This document shows positions 27,975-38,845 of a stretch of DNA of 64,000 nt, in pieces. The stretch comes from Clostridia bacterium. GTDB lineage: Bacteria; Bacillota; Clostridia; Christensenellales; UBA1242. Below the pieces are notes generated by a model. The model was not told the origin of the DNA. It did no database searches and was given only the letters and a program-made list of their open reading frames with translations. Position 1 is the stretch's first letter. Each line of letters opens with the position of its first letter. The position numbers and the translations under genes are program-made. The DNA lies in contig JAFZSF010000024.1 of the NCBI GenBank assembly GCA_017619495.1, positions 33,740 to 97,739 on the forward strand, given 5' to 3'.

Positions 27975-30900
27975 TCAAACGATGTTTGCCAAAGACATTT
28001 TTCATTTTACCGACACGGTTAGTGGTTGGTAATTTATCGACGCTACGGGCTAACAATGTACCATCTTCGGTTTTGACTACTAAGTCATCATTCGGGCGCG
28101 CAAAGTTAGCGAACACCACTTCTTCACCTTTCGCCATACCAGTGGCGATGGCCAAACCTTTACGATAACGCACCATTTTGTCGATATCCTTCATGGCAAC
28201 TTTCTTAGCATTACCCACATTGGTAACAATAACCGCGTAACCAGTATTTTCCGCTGTCGAGATACCTGCTAGCCAAGCGGTATCGTCCATTTGCATACCT
28301 TTAACGCCAGACGCGATACGACCTTGTACGGGAACATCGCCGGTGGCGGCATTCAGTACATTACCAACATTGGTAATCATCAAGATGGTACGATTTTTTG
28401 GCAAGTGTTGTACCGCCAAAATTTCGTCTTTACGGTCTTCACGAATTTTGTAAACATCGAAGACCGACTTAATCACTGAGCAAGCGTCATTGAATTTCGA
28501 ACGTTTTATCATACCAGTCTTCGACAACCAAACTAAATCATATTCGGGTAAAGCGTCCGCTACTGCCGGATAAATTGCAACCGGATATTCTTGTGGTAAA
28601 GCGGTTGGGAACAAGGTTTTTAATGCGGTACCCTTATCTTTCAAACGGCATTCAGGCAGATCTCCACCAAACAGTTTGTAACACTTGCCTAAATTGGTAA
28701 AGATATGTAACAACTTGTCTGTTTGAGTCAAAACCGCCACAGTATGAACATCTTGTTCACGCATACCATCGGACGCTGCCGTATTACTCATGTTAAAATG
28801 TTTTTTTGCAACGCGTTGGATATTACCCGCGGCTGTAATCGTCAAGACAACATCTTCAATTGGGGCTTCGTCATCGTCAGCCGTAACCAAAACATCTTCC
28901 AACTTATTGACCACGCGCGTACGGCGTTCCACTTTGAAGCGTTTCTTAATCGCTAACAATTCGGTTTTAACCACTTCAAATTGTAATTTCTTGCTACCAA
29001 TAATCGCGGTTAGGCGTTCAATTAATTCACGCAACTCGGCCAGTTCTTGTTCCAACTTCAAAACTTCCAAATTGGTTAAGCGTGCCAAACGCAAATCCAA
29101 AATCGCTTGAGCTTGGCGTTCGGACAAACTAAATCGTTTTTGTAAGCGTTCGCGGGCTTCGCTGGTATGTTTACTGGTCTTAATAATTTTAATCACTTCA
29201 TCAATGTTTTTAACCGCGATCAGTAAACCTTCCAAAATGTGCGCGCGTTCTTTGGCTTGATCTAATTCAAAGACTGAACGCTTGTAAATAACTTGGCGTT
29301 GATAATTAACATAGTATTCAATAATTTGCAATAAGCCCATTTGACGCGGCTTACCTTCCGCAATCGCAACCATATTATAGTTAAAATTGCAACGCAACTG
29401 AGTGTATTTGTACAACTGATCCACAATTTTGTAGGGGTCGGTATCTTTACGCAATTTAATTAAAATACGCATGCCGTTACGGTCAGTTTCATCACGGATT
29501 TCGGTAATATTCTGTAAATCACCTTTTTTATTTTCGCGTAAATCAGCAATATTTTTTTGCAACTGTACTTTATTAACTTGGTATGGTAATTCAGTAATTA
29601 CAATATTACGCTTGTCGCCTTCCACTTCAATGTGGACTTTACCCGACATGATGACCTTACCACGACCAGTTTCGTACGCTTGAATCATGTTATCATCAGC
29701 CACAATCCAACCCGCGGTAGGGAAATCCGGACCTTTAACAATTTTCAAAATTTGCTTCAAAGTAATCTTCGGGTTGTCAATGAACGCCACATGCGCATCA
29801 ATTAATTCGCCCAAATTGTGTGGCGGAATATTAGTTGCCAAACCGACCGCAATACCACTGGTGCCGTTAGTTAATAAATTCGGGAAGCGTGCGGGTAAAG
29901 TATCGGGTTCAGTATTACGGTCATCATATGTTAAAGAATAAGTAACGGTATTTTTATCGATATCACGCAACATTTCCAATGCTAATGGTGCTAACTTCGC
30001 TTCAGTATAACGCATCGCGGCGGCGGGGTCGCCATCGTCAGAACCAAAGTTACCTTGCCCAGAAATTAAAGGCATATTCATACTGAACGGTTGTGCTAAA
30101 CGCACCATGGCATCATAAACCGAAGTATCGCCATGCGGGTGGTACTTACCCAAACATTCACCGACAATCGCTGCTGATTTACGGAATGGTTTATCCGGCA
30201 TCAAACCCATGTCGTTCATGGCATATAAAATACGGCGTTGAACTGGTTTTAAGCCATCTTCAACGCGTGGCAAAGCACGATCCAAGATAACGAATTCACT
30301 GTACGGAATCATACTTTCATGCATAATTGTTGCGACCGATTTTTCAATAATGCCGTCACCATTGTCACCATTGTCACCGTTATCGCCACCGTTATGGTCA
30401 TCATAATTTGGTTCGGACGCAGGCGTTTCAGCTTTCTGACTTTCTTTTTCAGCTAACAATTTTTGACGGCGCGCTTCGCGTTCCAAAATCGGTTTCATAA
30501 TCGCCGCTTGACGAGCAGCTTCGGCTTCGTCGCGTAAATCCTTCTCCGACATTTCGACAACCGCATCAATGTTTGCGATGTGAGCATGACTGGCTGTTTC
30601 TACGACCTTACTTACGGTTTGTGGTACTTCGTCTAAGGTTAAAGCTGTACCTTCATTTACCGTTACGGTCGTGGTTGCATCGACAACTGTTTCCGGTTCC
30701 GTTTCTGCTTCGACTGATAGTACGGCGTCAATTATCGGTTCCTCATTTATAACAGGTTCTGCAGGCTCCATTACTGGTTCCACCACGGTCGATTCATCTG
30801 ACCCATTATCAACCACTTGTGTATTCCCCGCTTCACTTTCCACCTCGGTCTCAATTTCTGCCACGGAATCAACCACTGGCTCATCTACCGTATTTTCAAT

Positions 30901-31251
30901 TTCATCAGCGGGGGTTTCGTCACTAATCATTTCCGTAGTTTCTGGTATAATGGTTACGACTTCATCGGTCACGACGGTTTCATTTGTATCAGTAACATCA
31001 GTTGCATCATTTTCATTCTCTACACTAGCACTTTCCGTGGCGTTTTCAATTTCAGTTTCCATGATTGATTCTTCTGGGGCAACAGTCGTAGCTTCTTCCG
31101 CGACTGGTTCATCAATTACGGTTTCGTCAACCGACACATCGTCTGAATTGTCGGCAGACGATGTTTCATCTACTGTTTCATTATTAGCGTTTGTCGGTTC
31201 ATCAAAGTTAACCGAGTTTTCGTCGTCAATTAAATCGTCAAATTCACTCAT
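27928..31251 (-). CDS. parC: type IIA topoisomerase subunit A, ParC-like, with a ~300-aa acidic low-complexity N-terminal extension
   Basis: [21 protein letters not shown] (Q as in ParC), active-site [10 protein letters not shown], and no GyrA box seen. AGGAGG 5 nt before the ATG at 31251. Confidence 0.8.
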   Translation of the reverse strand: MSEFDDLIDDENSVNFDEPTNANNETVDETSSADNSDDVSVDETVIDEPVAEEATTVAPEESIMETEIENATESASVENENDATDVTDTNETVVTDEVVTIIPETTEMISDETPADEIENTVDEPVVDSVAEIETEVESEAGNTQVVDNGSDESTVVEPVMEPAEPVINEEPIIDAVLSVEAETEPETVVDATTTVTVNEGTALTLDEVPQTVSKVVETASHAHIANIDAVVEMSEKDLRDEAEAARQAAIMKPILEREARRQKLLAEKESQKAETPASEPNYDDHNGGDNGDNGDNGDGIIEKSVATIMHESMIPYSEFVILDRALPRVEDGLKPVQRRILYAMNDMGLMPDKPFRKSAAIVGECLGKYHPHGDTSVYDAMVRLAQPFSMNMPLISGQGNFGSDDGDPAAAMRYTEAKLAPLALEMLRDIDKNTVTYSLTYDDRNTEPDTLPARFPNLLTNGTSGIAVGLATNIPPHNLGELIDAHVAFIDNPKITLKQILKIVKGPDFPTAGWIVADDNMIQAYETGRGKVIMSGKVHIEVEGDKRNIVITELPYQVNKVQLQKNIADLRENKKGDLQNITEIRDETDRNGMRILIKLRKDTDPYKIVDQLYKYTQLRCNFNYNMVAIAEGKPRQMGLLQIIEYYVNYQRQVIYKRSVFELDQAKERAHILEGLLIAVKNIDEVIKIIKTSKHTSEARERLQKRFSLSERQAQAILDLRLARLTNLEVLKLEQELAELRELIERLTAIIGSKKLQFEVVKTELLAIKKRFKVERRTRVVNKLEDVLVTADDDEAPIEDVVLTITAAGNIQRVAKKHFNMSNTAASDGMREQDVHTVAVLTQTDKLLHIFTNLGKCYKLFGGDLPECRLKDKGTALKTLFPTALPQEYPVAIYPAVADALPEYDLVWLSKTGMIKRSKFNDACSVIKSVFDVYKIREDRKDEILAVQHLPKNRTILMITNVGNVLNAATGDVPVQGRIASGVKGMQMDDTAWLAGISTAENTGYAVIVTNVGNAKKVAMKDIDKMVRYRKGLAIATGMAKGEEVVFANFARPNDDLVVKTEDGTLLARSVDKLPTTNRVGKMKNVFGKHRLIKAWLHRTNFATPEC
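30355..30393 (-). repeat. in-frame 9-nt tandem repeat encoding (GDN)x3-4
   Basis: Plus strand caccattgt-caccattgt-caccgttat-cgccaccgtt. Translates to [15 protein letters not shown] at the junction of the extension and the catalytic core. Confidence 0.8.
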
Positions 31252-33256
31252 TGGCACCTCCTAATTTGCTCTTTACTGCTTTAGTGGCGGTATCGTCCTG
31301 CTTATTGAAGTTGGCATATTTACTAATGTAGTTACGACGACTTTCAATATCGTCACCCATCAAGGTCGTAATCAAGCGTTCCGCCTCGGCTGCATCGTCC
31401 AGCGTAATACGACATAATTTACGCGTCTTCGGGTTCATAGTGGTTTCCCACAATTGTTCGGCATTCATCTCGCCCAAACCTTTATAACGCTGTACACTGG
31501 CACCTTTAACTTTCTTAGTTACCTCTTTTAACTCGTTATCGTCATAACAATAATGACTGTAATCTTTTTTATAAACCTTAAACAAAGGTGGCATACCTGT
31601 ATAAACATGTCCTTGGGCAATCAAGTCCTTCATATAACGGAAGAAGAAGGTCAACAAAATCGAACGGATATGACCACCATCTTGGTCAGCATCGGCCAAA
31701 ATAATTACTTTGTGATAACGCAAATTATCCAAATTAAAATCTTCGCCAATGCCCGTACCCAATGCCCCAATCAAAGTACGGAATTCCTCATTTTCCAAAA
31801 CTTGGTCAATGCGTTTCTTTTCAGCATTCAATGGTTTCCCGCGCAAAGGCAAAATCGCCTGAATACTACGGTCACGCCCCTGCTTCGCAGTACCACCCGC
31901 ACTATCCCCCTCAACGATGAAGATTTCGTTCATTTCCGGACGACGACCACTGCAACTAGCTAATTTACCAATCAATACGCTACCGTCAATACTGTTTTTA
32001 CTACGGGCAATATCCTTAGCCTTACGCGCCGCTTCACGCACCCGCGCCGCCGCCTTGGCTTTATTGATAATAATTTCCAACAAGCTTTTCTTTTCTGCCG
32101 ATTTGTCTGCATCTTTGAAGTATTCTATTAAACTATTATAAGTAAAGGTTTCCACGGCAATCTTAGCTTCTGGATTTCCTAGTTTGGTTTTGGTTTGTCC
32201 TTCGAACTGAACTTCTTGCATTTTGATAGACAAAACCGCAGTCATACCTTCACGATAGTCTTCACCCTGCAAGGCGTTATCTTTTTCTTTGAACAAACCG
32301 AACTGCTTTCCCAATTGGTTAAAAGCACGGGTGATCGCACTCTTAAAGCCAGTTTCGTGGGTACCCCCCTCCGAAGTTGGGATATTGTTAACATACGAGA
32401 AAATGCTTTCGACAAAGCCGTCAGTGTGTTGAATAGCAAAAGTAATCGGCATTTTTTCGGTTTGTCCCGCAATCACAAACGGCGCTTTGTATAATGTGTT
32501 TTTACCTTCGTTCAAATAGGTAACAAAATCCGCCACCCCGCCATCAAATTTATAAACACATTCGCGCGAAAATTCGGCGTCATCGGGTTGAATGCGTTCG
32601 TCAATTAAAGTGATTTCCGCCCCTTTATTTAAGAAAGCCAATTCTTCCAAGCGTTGCGAAATTACTTTATAATCAAATTTAGCATGGTTAAACATTTCTT
32701 CATCGGGTAAGAAATGAACACGGGTACCATTTTTCAAAGTCCGACCCACTACTTTCAACGGTTCATCGGCGACACCCCAGTGCATTTGTCCATCATGCGG
32801 ATCCATATGAGGTGAAAAGCGTACATAGTGTTCTTTACCATCTTTGTAAACCGTAACTTCACAATAATCAGAAAGTGCGTTTACCACCGACGCACCCACC
32901 CCGTGCAAACCGCCCGAGAAGCTGTAATTATTATTATCAAATTTACCACCAGCGTGTAATTCGGTATAAACCATTTCCACACCAGAAATTTTTAATTCAC
33001 GATGAATATCGACCGGAATGCCACGCCCATTATCTTCAACGGTGACCGAGTTATCTGTATGTAACATCACCAACAATTTATTACCAAAGCCGTTGGCAAT
33101 TTCATCGATACCATTATCCACAATTTCCCATAACAAATGGTGCATACCCTTAGAACCCGTCGTACCAATGTACATACCAGGGCGTTTACGCACCGCATCA
33201 AGCCCTTTTAATAGCGTCAAATTACCAGCCGTATATGTCTGTTTTTCGTTTGCCAT
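31244..33256 (-). CDS. parE: type IIA topoisomerase subunit B, ParE-like
   Basis: [24 protein letters not shown] (W as in ParE), EGDSAGG, PLRGK. Start set at MANEKQ. Confidence 0.85.
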   Translation of the reverse strand: MANEKQTYTAGNLTLLKGLDAVRKRPGMYIGTTGSKGMHHLLWEIVDNGIDEIANGFGNKLLVMLHTDNSVTVEDNGRGIPVDIHRELKISGVEMVYTELHAGGKFDNNNYSFSGGLHGVGASVVNALSDYCEVTVYKDGKEHYVRFSPHMDPHDGQMHWGVADEPLKVVGRTLKNGTRVHFLPDEEMFNHAKFDYKVISQRLEELAFLNKGAEITLIDERIQPDDAEFSRECVYKFDGGVADFVTYLNEGKNTLYKAPFVIAGQTEKMPITFAIQHTDGFVESIFSYVNNIPTSEGGTHETGFKSAITRAFNQLGKQFGLFKEKDNALQGEDYREGMTAVLSIKMQEVQFEGQTKTKLGNPEAKIAVETFTYNSLIEYFKDADKSAEKKSLLEIIINKAKAAARVREAARKAKDIARSKNSIDGSVLIGKLASCSGRRPEMNEIFIVEGDSAGGTAKQGRDRSIQAILPLRGKPLNAEKKRIDQVLENEEFRTLIGALGTGIGEDFNLDNLRYHKVIILADADQDGGHIRSILLTFFFRYMKDLIAQGHVYTGMPPLFKVYKKDYSHYCYDDNELKEVTKKVKGASVQRYKGLGEMNAEQLWETTMNPKTRKLCRITLDDAAEAERLITTLMGDDIESRRNYISKYANFNKQDDTATKAVKSKLGGANE

Positions 33257-33263
33257 ACATGAT

Positions 33264-33291
33264 ATTATAGCACTTTTCAAAAAACCATCAA
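33264..33291 (-). promoter_or_regulatory. sigA-type promoter of parE-parC
   Basis: Minus strand TTGATG-16-TATAAT-7 nt-ATG(33256). Confidence 0.5.
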
Positions 33292-33322
33292 AACAGATAT
33301 TTTATACAATATATTGTGTTTG

Positions 33323-33985
33323 TTATAATCCTTTTACCACTACATGTGGAGCGCAATTTTTTACCGTAACTACCATGGCACGGATTTCAGCGTCGGAATA
33401 AGCCCCTATCGTACGGCATTGTTGGATTTGCCAACAACTAGCACCTTTAATAATACTATGCCCCATTTCTAACAGGTCCGAGGTGGTCAAACGCGGGGTC
33501 AAAGTAGTACGCAACATATACGGTACGCGCTTTTGTGACTTCAAATATTTTACCGTAGCCAAAACCGGCTCCATTGACATGCCAGTAATTGCCAAGTGCT
33601 TACGCGGCGGTGCTTTTACATCTAACGCCACATAATCGACCAGCCCGGCTTCGATAACTTGACGCACTACGGCTGGGCGCGTACCATTCGTGTCTAATTT
33701 AATCAACAAACCTAAAGAACGCAAGGACTGTAAAAGCGGGATTAAATTGGGCGACAAAGTAGGTTCGCCCCCACTTACCACCACCGCATCCAACCACGCT
33801 TTACGCTGGCACAACTCGGATAAAACCTCATCAAAGGATAATTGGTTAGCCTGTACGGTCAAAATATGACGATTATGACAATAATGACACCGCATGTTAC
33901 ACCCCGCCAAGAAAATTACCGCCGCCATTTTATCTGGATAATCAATCAAGGACAATTTTTGCCAACCAGCAATTTTAATTGGCAT
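33323..33985 (-). CDS. nrdG: anaerobic ribonucleoside-triphosphate reductase activating protein
   Basis: Radical-SAM motif GCNMRCHYCHN; located downstream of nrdD. Confidence 0.85.
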   Translation of the reverse strand: MPIKIAGWQKLSLIDYPDKMAAVIFLAGCNMRCHYCHNRHILTVQANQLSFDEVLSELCQRKAWLDAVVVSGGEPTLSPNLIPLLQSLRSLGLLIKLDTNGTRPAVVRQVIEAGLVDYVALDVKAPPRKHLAITGMSMEPVLATVKYLKSQKRVPYMLRTTLTPRLTTSDLLEMGHSIIKGASCWQIQQCRTIGAYSDAEIRAMVVTVKNCAPHVVVKGL

Positions 33986-33988
33986 AGT

Positions 33989-35794
33989 TTACTCCGATTT
34001 TGATAACAAGTGATATTTTTTACGATCAAAATATTCTTGGCGTTTACCGGCATGATAATTAGCAACGGGGCGCAAAAAACCTACCACACGGCTCCATACT
34101 TCGGTCACTGTACCACAGTGAGGACAATGCCACTGTTCACCCGTCAAATAACCATGAGTGGGACAAATTGAGAAAGTAGGCGTGACAGATAGGTATGGTA
34201 AACGATAATGTTGAAAAACTTTTTGGATTAAATTTTTAACGGCACCAATGTCATCCAATTTTTCACCGGTATACAAATGCACCACCGTACCACCCGTATA
34301 TAGACTCTGCAATTCATCTTGTAGATTTAACATCAACCAAATGTCATCGGTATACCCCACTGGCAATTGTGTACTGTTAGTGTAATACGGCGCTTCGTTA
34401 TTACCCGCCGTGATAATTTGTGGATAAATTTTACGATCCAACACCGCTAAACGACTGGCAGCAGTTTCCGCGGGCGTGGCTTCTAAATTATAAACATGTC
34501 CGGTAGTTGTTTGGTACTCACTTAATTTTTGACGCAAATAGTGCATGACCTTTAACGCGAATTGCTGTCCAAGTGCGGTATCTAAACCAACTCCTTTTAA
34601 GTTCAATAAACATTCCTGCATGCCTACAATCCCAAGCGTACTAAAATGGTTATACCAATAACTACCGGTCCGTTGCTTTACCCCTTGTAAATAAAAGGCA
34701 CTATACGGGTATAACCCCGCCACAGTTTGTTGTTCCACTAATTGGCGTTTGATTTCCAAACTGTTTTTAGCCAAATCCGCAAGTTTACCGAGGCGTACGA
34801 AAAAATCATTTTCATCACTAGCCTGATAACCTAAACGCGGCAAATTTAAGGTCACCACACCGATGCTGCCTGTAAGCGGATTAGACCCAAATAAACCGCC
34901 ACCTCGTTTACGCAACGCGCGTAAATTTAAGCGTAAACGACAACACATAGAAATAGCGTCCTCGGGACTTAAATCAGCATTAACATAGTTAGCAAAATAA
35001 GGTATCCCATATTTAGCCGTCATGGCAATAATTTGGGTCATAACCGGACTATTCCAGTCAGTATCCTTGGTAATATTAATGGTCGGAATCGGAAAGGTAA
35101 AGACGCGTCCCTGTCTATCGCCAGCCAACATAACTTTACAGAAGGCTAAATCAATCCGCGCCATTTCAGCTTGGTAATCACCATAGGTCGTTTCCTGCAT
35201 TTCGCCACCCAACACCACCAGTTGTTCTCGCAGTGTCGGCGGACATTGAACATCTAAGGTCAGATTTGAAAATGGGCATTGAAAACCACTGCGAGTAGCT
35301 ACATTCATATTAAAGATAAAATCGTACATCAAGGTTTCAAGGTCAGTATCATTTAGTTGGTCATGACGCACAAAAGGAGCCAAATAAGTATCAAATGAGG
35401 ACCATGCTTGCGCCCCCGCGGCTTCCCCTTGTAAAGTAAAGGTCGCGTTGACAATTTGGTTTAACGCTTCCCGTAAAGTACGGGCGGGCGCTGCCGCGAC
35501 TTTTCCCGCCACACCAGTGAAACCAAGTACCAGTAATTGATGCAAGTCCCAACCCATACAATACGGCCCGAAAAAGCCTAAATCGTGTATATGCAACGCG
35601 CCACTGCGATGAGCCTGTGCAATGTCAGCGGGATAAACTTTGGTTAAAGCATATTCCTTAGTCACGGCTTCACGCAAAGATAAATTCAAACCACCGACTG
35701 ACCGTCCTGTATTGGCATTATTCTTCACAACGAAATCGTTACCATATAAATATTGGTCAAATAAATTGATGACAAAATCTTGACTGTCCATCAA
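33989..35794 (-). CDS. nrdD: anaerobic ribonucleoside-triphosphate reductase
   Basis: 601 aa; C-terminal zinc site CPHCG and a glycyl-radical region SRVVGFLRPV. Confidence 0.9.
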   Translation of the reverse strand: MMDSQDFVINLFDQYLYGNDFVVKNNANTGRSVGGLNLSLREAVTKEYALTKVYPADIAQAHRSGALHIHDLGFFGPYCMGWDLHQLLVLGFTGVAGKVAAAPARTLREALNQIVNATFTLQGEAAGAQAWSSFDTYLAPFVRHDQLNDTDLETLMYDFIFNMNVATRSGFQCPFSNLTLDVQCPPTLREQLVVLGGEMQETTYGDYQAEMARIDLAFCKVMLAGDRQGRVFTFPIPTINITKDTDWNSPVMTQIIAMTAKYGIPYFANYVNADLSPEDAISMCCRLRLNLRALRKRGGGLFGSNPLTGSIGVVTLNLPRLGYQASDENDFFVRLGKLADLAKNSLEIKRQLVEQQTVAGLYPYSAFYLQGVKQRTGSYWYNHFSTLGIVGMQECLLNLKGVGLDTALGQQFALKVMHYLRQKLSEYQTTTGHVYNLEATPAETAASRLAVLDRKIYPQIITAGNNEAPYYTNSTQLPVGYTDDIWLMLNLQDELQSLYTGGTVVHLYTGEKLDDIGAVKNLIQKVFQHYRLPYLSVTPTFSICPTHGYLTGEQWHCPHCGTVTEVWSRVVGFLRPVANYHAGKRQEYFDRKKYHLLSKSE

Positions 35795-35825
35795 TTTATC
35801 TTATTTTAAGATTACCGATTTGGTG

Positions 35826-36086
35826 TTATTTAGCAGCTAATGCTTGGGTCAAGGCTTTTGCTAACTGATCAGGACAACTAGTACCGCGTCCACGGCAATC
35901 AATTCCTTTTAATTTAGTAATTAATTGTTGCGCATTTTGACCTTCCGCCAAAGTCGCAACCCCGACCGTATTACCGGGACAACCACCGATAAACTCGACA
36001 TTATGCACAACATCTTGTTCATCTAACATAAAACGAATTTGCATCGAACAAACTCCTTTGGGCTGATAGTTAAACTGACGCATCAT
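35826..36086 (-). CDS. TSCPD-domain protein (TIGR03905-like)
   Basis: 86 aa; GGCPGN..TSCPDQLA; commonly found next to nrdD. Confidence 0.75.
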   Translation of the reverse strand: MMRQFNYQPKGVCSMQIRFMLDEQDVVHNVEFIGGCPGNTVGVATLAEGQNAQQLITKLKGIDCRGRGTSCPDQLAKALTQALAAK

Positions 36087-36648
36087 CGTGATCCTCCCCT
36101 TCTACCAAATGATTATAGATAAATTCATAAACCTCGGGCGCCATATCCTTCCAACGCGCCGCTGCACGCATCGCATCGGCACGAGACGGCACACGCAATT
36201 TTAATTCCATCAAATTATACGGACGACCAGTATAATCTTTAATCATGAAAACCGCAGTCTGGGTACCATCGGAGTTTTTGAAATAATCAATGCGGTATTC
36301 CTGACTGCGTTTCATACGCAATTTGTTTTCGTCGGTATATTTAATAATGCTTTCACGAATGGAAGCCGGAATTTTTGTCCAAAAATGGGCTAAACAGTCG
36401 CGACCTTCTTTGGTTAATTGGTACATTAAATCACCAGACGAAGTTTTACCAACCACGAATTTGACATCAACAATTTGCGCCAAAGCTTCGCGGTAATCCA
36501 TGTACGACATCAAATCAGGATTGGACATAATAATTTCGGACAAGGTATTTTCTGACAAAGGAATATCCATCTTTTCAAAGATGAAAAGCAAAATAATTTT
36601 GCGGGTTATCTCATCTGCGACAAAATAAGTACTACGATTAGTGTTCAC
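36070..36648 (-). CDS. DUF4364 family putative transcriptional regulator
   Basis: 192 aa; N-terminal winged-helix-like ITRKIILLFIFEKMDIPLSENTLSEII. Confidence 0.65.
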   Translation of the reverse strand: MNTNRSTYFVADEITRKIILLFIFEKMDIPLSENTLSEIIMSNPDLMSYMDYREALAQIVDVKFVVGKTSSGDLMYQLTKEGRDCLAHFWTKIPASIRESIIKYTDENKLRMKRSQEYRIDYFKNSDGTQTAVFMIKDYTGRPYNLMELKLRVPSRADAMRAAARWKDMAPEVYEFIYNHLVEGEDHDDASV

Positions 36649-38845
36649 CAGTCAAATTATATAATAGTTCCTTGAATCTGGCAAGTTTCTCTTGTTCCTG
36701 TTGCACCAAGGTAGCCGGTGCCTTAGCCAAAAACCCTGTGTTTGCTAACATTTTGGACGAACGCGCGATTTCCGCACGATAATGCTCCGCCAAAGCTTGA
36801 TTATCGACCGGGGTTACCACAGGTTCGGGCTTGGACTTAGTCTGCGGTTTACATTCTTCAATGTATTTGTCGCAGAAATCAGTCCAGAACCATTGTTGCA
36901 ATTCATTCGCCGCAATCCCGAATTCATACTTTTCGTAACGACGAGTAATGGTACGGATAATCTTATTCAAACTGGTTTGTAACCAATGCTTAGACCCTTT
37001 AACTGGGGTTGGGAACGGTTCAAAGGCTAAATCAGTATCATGTCCTAATTCGTGCCAAATTTGTTCGGTAATATATGGTGCAATCGGATGTAACATTTTT
37101 AAGAAACTTTCCAAAGCTGTTACTAACAAAGTATTATCTTTGTGCATTAAAACGAATTTAGTCGCATTCCAAATTTTATTCATGAAATAACGGGCTTTAG
37201 TAATTTTTTCGTCGCCGTAATTAGGGTCACGATCCAAACGCGAACCAAACAATAACGAATAACGCAAAACATCACAACCGTGCTGTTCGATAATATCTAA
37301 CGGGTCAATCCCATTACCTAATGATTTACTCATCTTACGACCTTGACTGTCGCGTACCAATCCATGTAATAAGACCGTATGAAATGGTAATTGTTGCGTG
37401 TGATATAAACCCGAAAATACCATACGAATAACCCAGAAGAAAATAATTTCATAGGCAGTAACCAACACATCGGTCGGATAGAAATAATCAAAATCGGCTT
37501 GATTTTTGTTCAAAGTCACAAACGGCCACAGTGCCGATGAGAACCAAGTATCCAACACATCGGTTTCACCTTCAATCGGAATGCGGTGTCCCGAAATCAG
37601 TTGACGCGAAATACACCAATCCTTAATATTGTTCAACCAATGCAAATAAATCTTTTGGAATTTCTTTGGCACAATGTTTAGTCCGTTATTTAACGCCGCA
37701 ATCGCCGGTTGCGCCAAATCATGCATTTTAACAAACCATTGTTTGGAAATGGCAGGTTCAACCGTTTGATGACAACGGTAACATTGCCCCACATTGGAAA
37801 CATGTTCTTTGGTAGCCACCAACAGTCCTTGTGCTTGTAAATCAGCCACGACCGCCGCACGGGCTTCCGCGACAGTCATACCGGCATATTTACCAACATA
37901 AGCACCAAATAACTTACCGTTTTCATCAATCACTTTAATATGCGCTAAATGGTGGCGTTCCGCTACTTCATAGTCGTGATGGTCATGCGCGGGCGTAATT
38001 TTCACTGCTCCGGTACCAAATTTCATATCCACCGTTTCATCAGCAATGACTGGAATGGTACGGTCAGTTAACGGCAATGGAATTGATTTGCCAATTAGGG
38101 CTTGGTAGCGTTGATCATTGGGGTTAACCGCAACCGCGATATCACCAAACAGAGTTTCCGGACGCGTCGTTGCCACGCGCAACGGTCCATATTGAATCGT
38201 CCAAATTTGGCGTTTGACTTCGCTGTATTCAACTTCAATTTCCGATAAGGCGGTATGACAGGTGGGACACCAGTTAATCATGCGTTCACCTTGATAAATG
38301 TAACCGTCCTTGTACAAACGATGAAAAGCCTTGTTAACTTCCGCCTTACAATGGTCGTCCATCGTAAAAGTAAAACGCGTCCAATCGCAAGATAAGCCCA
38401 AGCGTTTAAATTGGTTACAAATAATCGCTGAATAATGGTCGTACCAATTTTGAATGCGTTCCATGAATTGCTCACGGGTTAAATCCTGCTTATTCAAACC
38501 TTCTTTTTTCAATTCTTCCACAACCTTAGCTTCGGTCGCAATCGCCGCATGGTCAGCACCGGGCAACATCAAGGTTTCGTAACCTTGCATGCGTTTGAAA
38601 CGAATCAATGCATCAATAATGGTACAGTTAAAAGCGTGACCGATGTGTAACTTACTGGTAATGTTCGGCGGTGGCATAATCACCGTAAAAGGTTTTTTAT
38701 CGCGATTTACATTGGCTTTGAAAACATTATTTTCCACCCAATGTTGGTTGTAATAGGCCTCACACGCCTTGAAATCAAAAATTTTATCCACAAATAGTAG
38801 TTTACTATAAACCGTACAGTTCTGCAACCTGTTCCCTGGTTGCAA
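36638..38845 (-). CDS. valS: valine--tRNA ligase, shortened, with a rearranged anticodon-binding domain
   Basis: PPPNITSKLHIGHA, editing domain TTRPETLFGD..GTGAVKITPAHD, KMSKS, C-terminal GFLAKAP coiled coil. The true start is uncertain (possibly the GTG at 38791, just after the ftsK stop). Confidence 0.85.
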   Translation of the reverse strand: MQPGNRLQNCTVYSKLLFVDKIFDFKACEAYYNQHWVENNVFKANVNRDKKPFTVIMPPPNITSKLHIGHAFNCTIIDALIRFKRMQGYETLMLPGADHAAIATEAKVVEELKKEGLNKQDLTREQFMERIQNWYDHYSAIICNQFKRLGLSCDWTRFTFTMDDHCKAEVNKAFHRLYKDGYIYQGERMINWCPTCHTALSEIEVEYSEVKRQIWTIQYGPLRVATTRPETLFGDIAVAVNPNDQRYQALIGKSIPLPLTDRTIPVIADETVDMKFGTGAVKITPAHDHHDYEVAERHHLAHIKVIDENGKLFGAYVGKYAGMTVAEARAAVVADLQAQGLLVATKEHVSNVGQCYRCHQTVEPAISKQWFVKMHDLAQPAIAALNNGLNIVPKKFQKIYLHWLNNIKDWCISRQLISGHRIPIEGETDVLDTWFSSALWPFVTLNKNQADFDYFYPTDVLVTAYEIIFFWVIRMVFSGLYHTQQLPFHTVLLHGLVRDSQGRKMSKSLGNGIDPLDIIEQHGCDVLRYSLLFGSRLDRDPNYGDEKITKARYFMNKIWNATKFVLMHKDNTLLVTALESFLKMLHPIAPYITEQIWHELGHDTDLAFEPFPTPVKGSKHWLQTSLNKIIRTITRRYEKYEFGIAANELQQWFWTDFCDKYIEECKPQTKSKPEPVVTPVDNQALAEHYRAEIARSSKMLANTGFLAKAPATLVQQEQEKLARFKELLYNLTGEH

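Noticed and set aside
30355-30393. Tandem 9-nt repeat as a possible CRISPR or VNTR element
   Set aside because: It has only 3-4 units, is in frame, and encodes a (GDN)n linker inside parC. There are no spacers or cas genes.
30671-31264. 197-aa Ser/Thr-rich plus-strand ORF (and the similar Ser-rich ORF 18077..18397)
   Set aside because: These are mirror-image artefacts antisense to the acidic low-complexity coding tracts of parC and the poly-Asp protein. Neither has a start context or a promoter.
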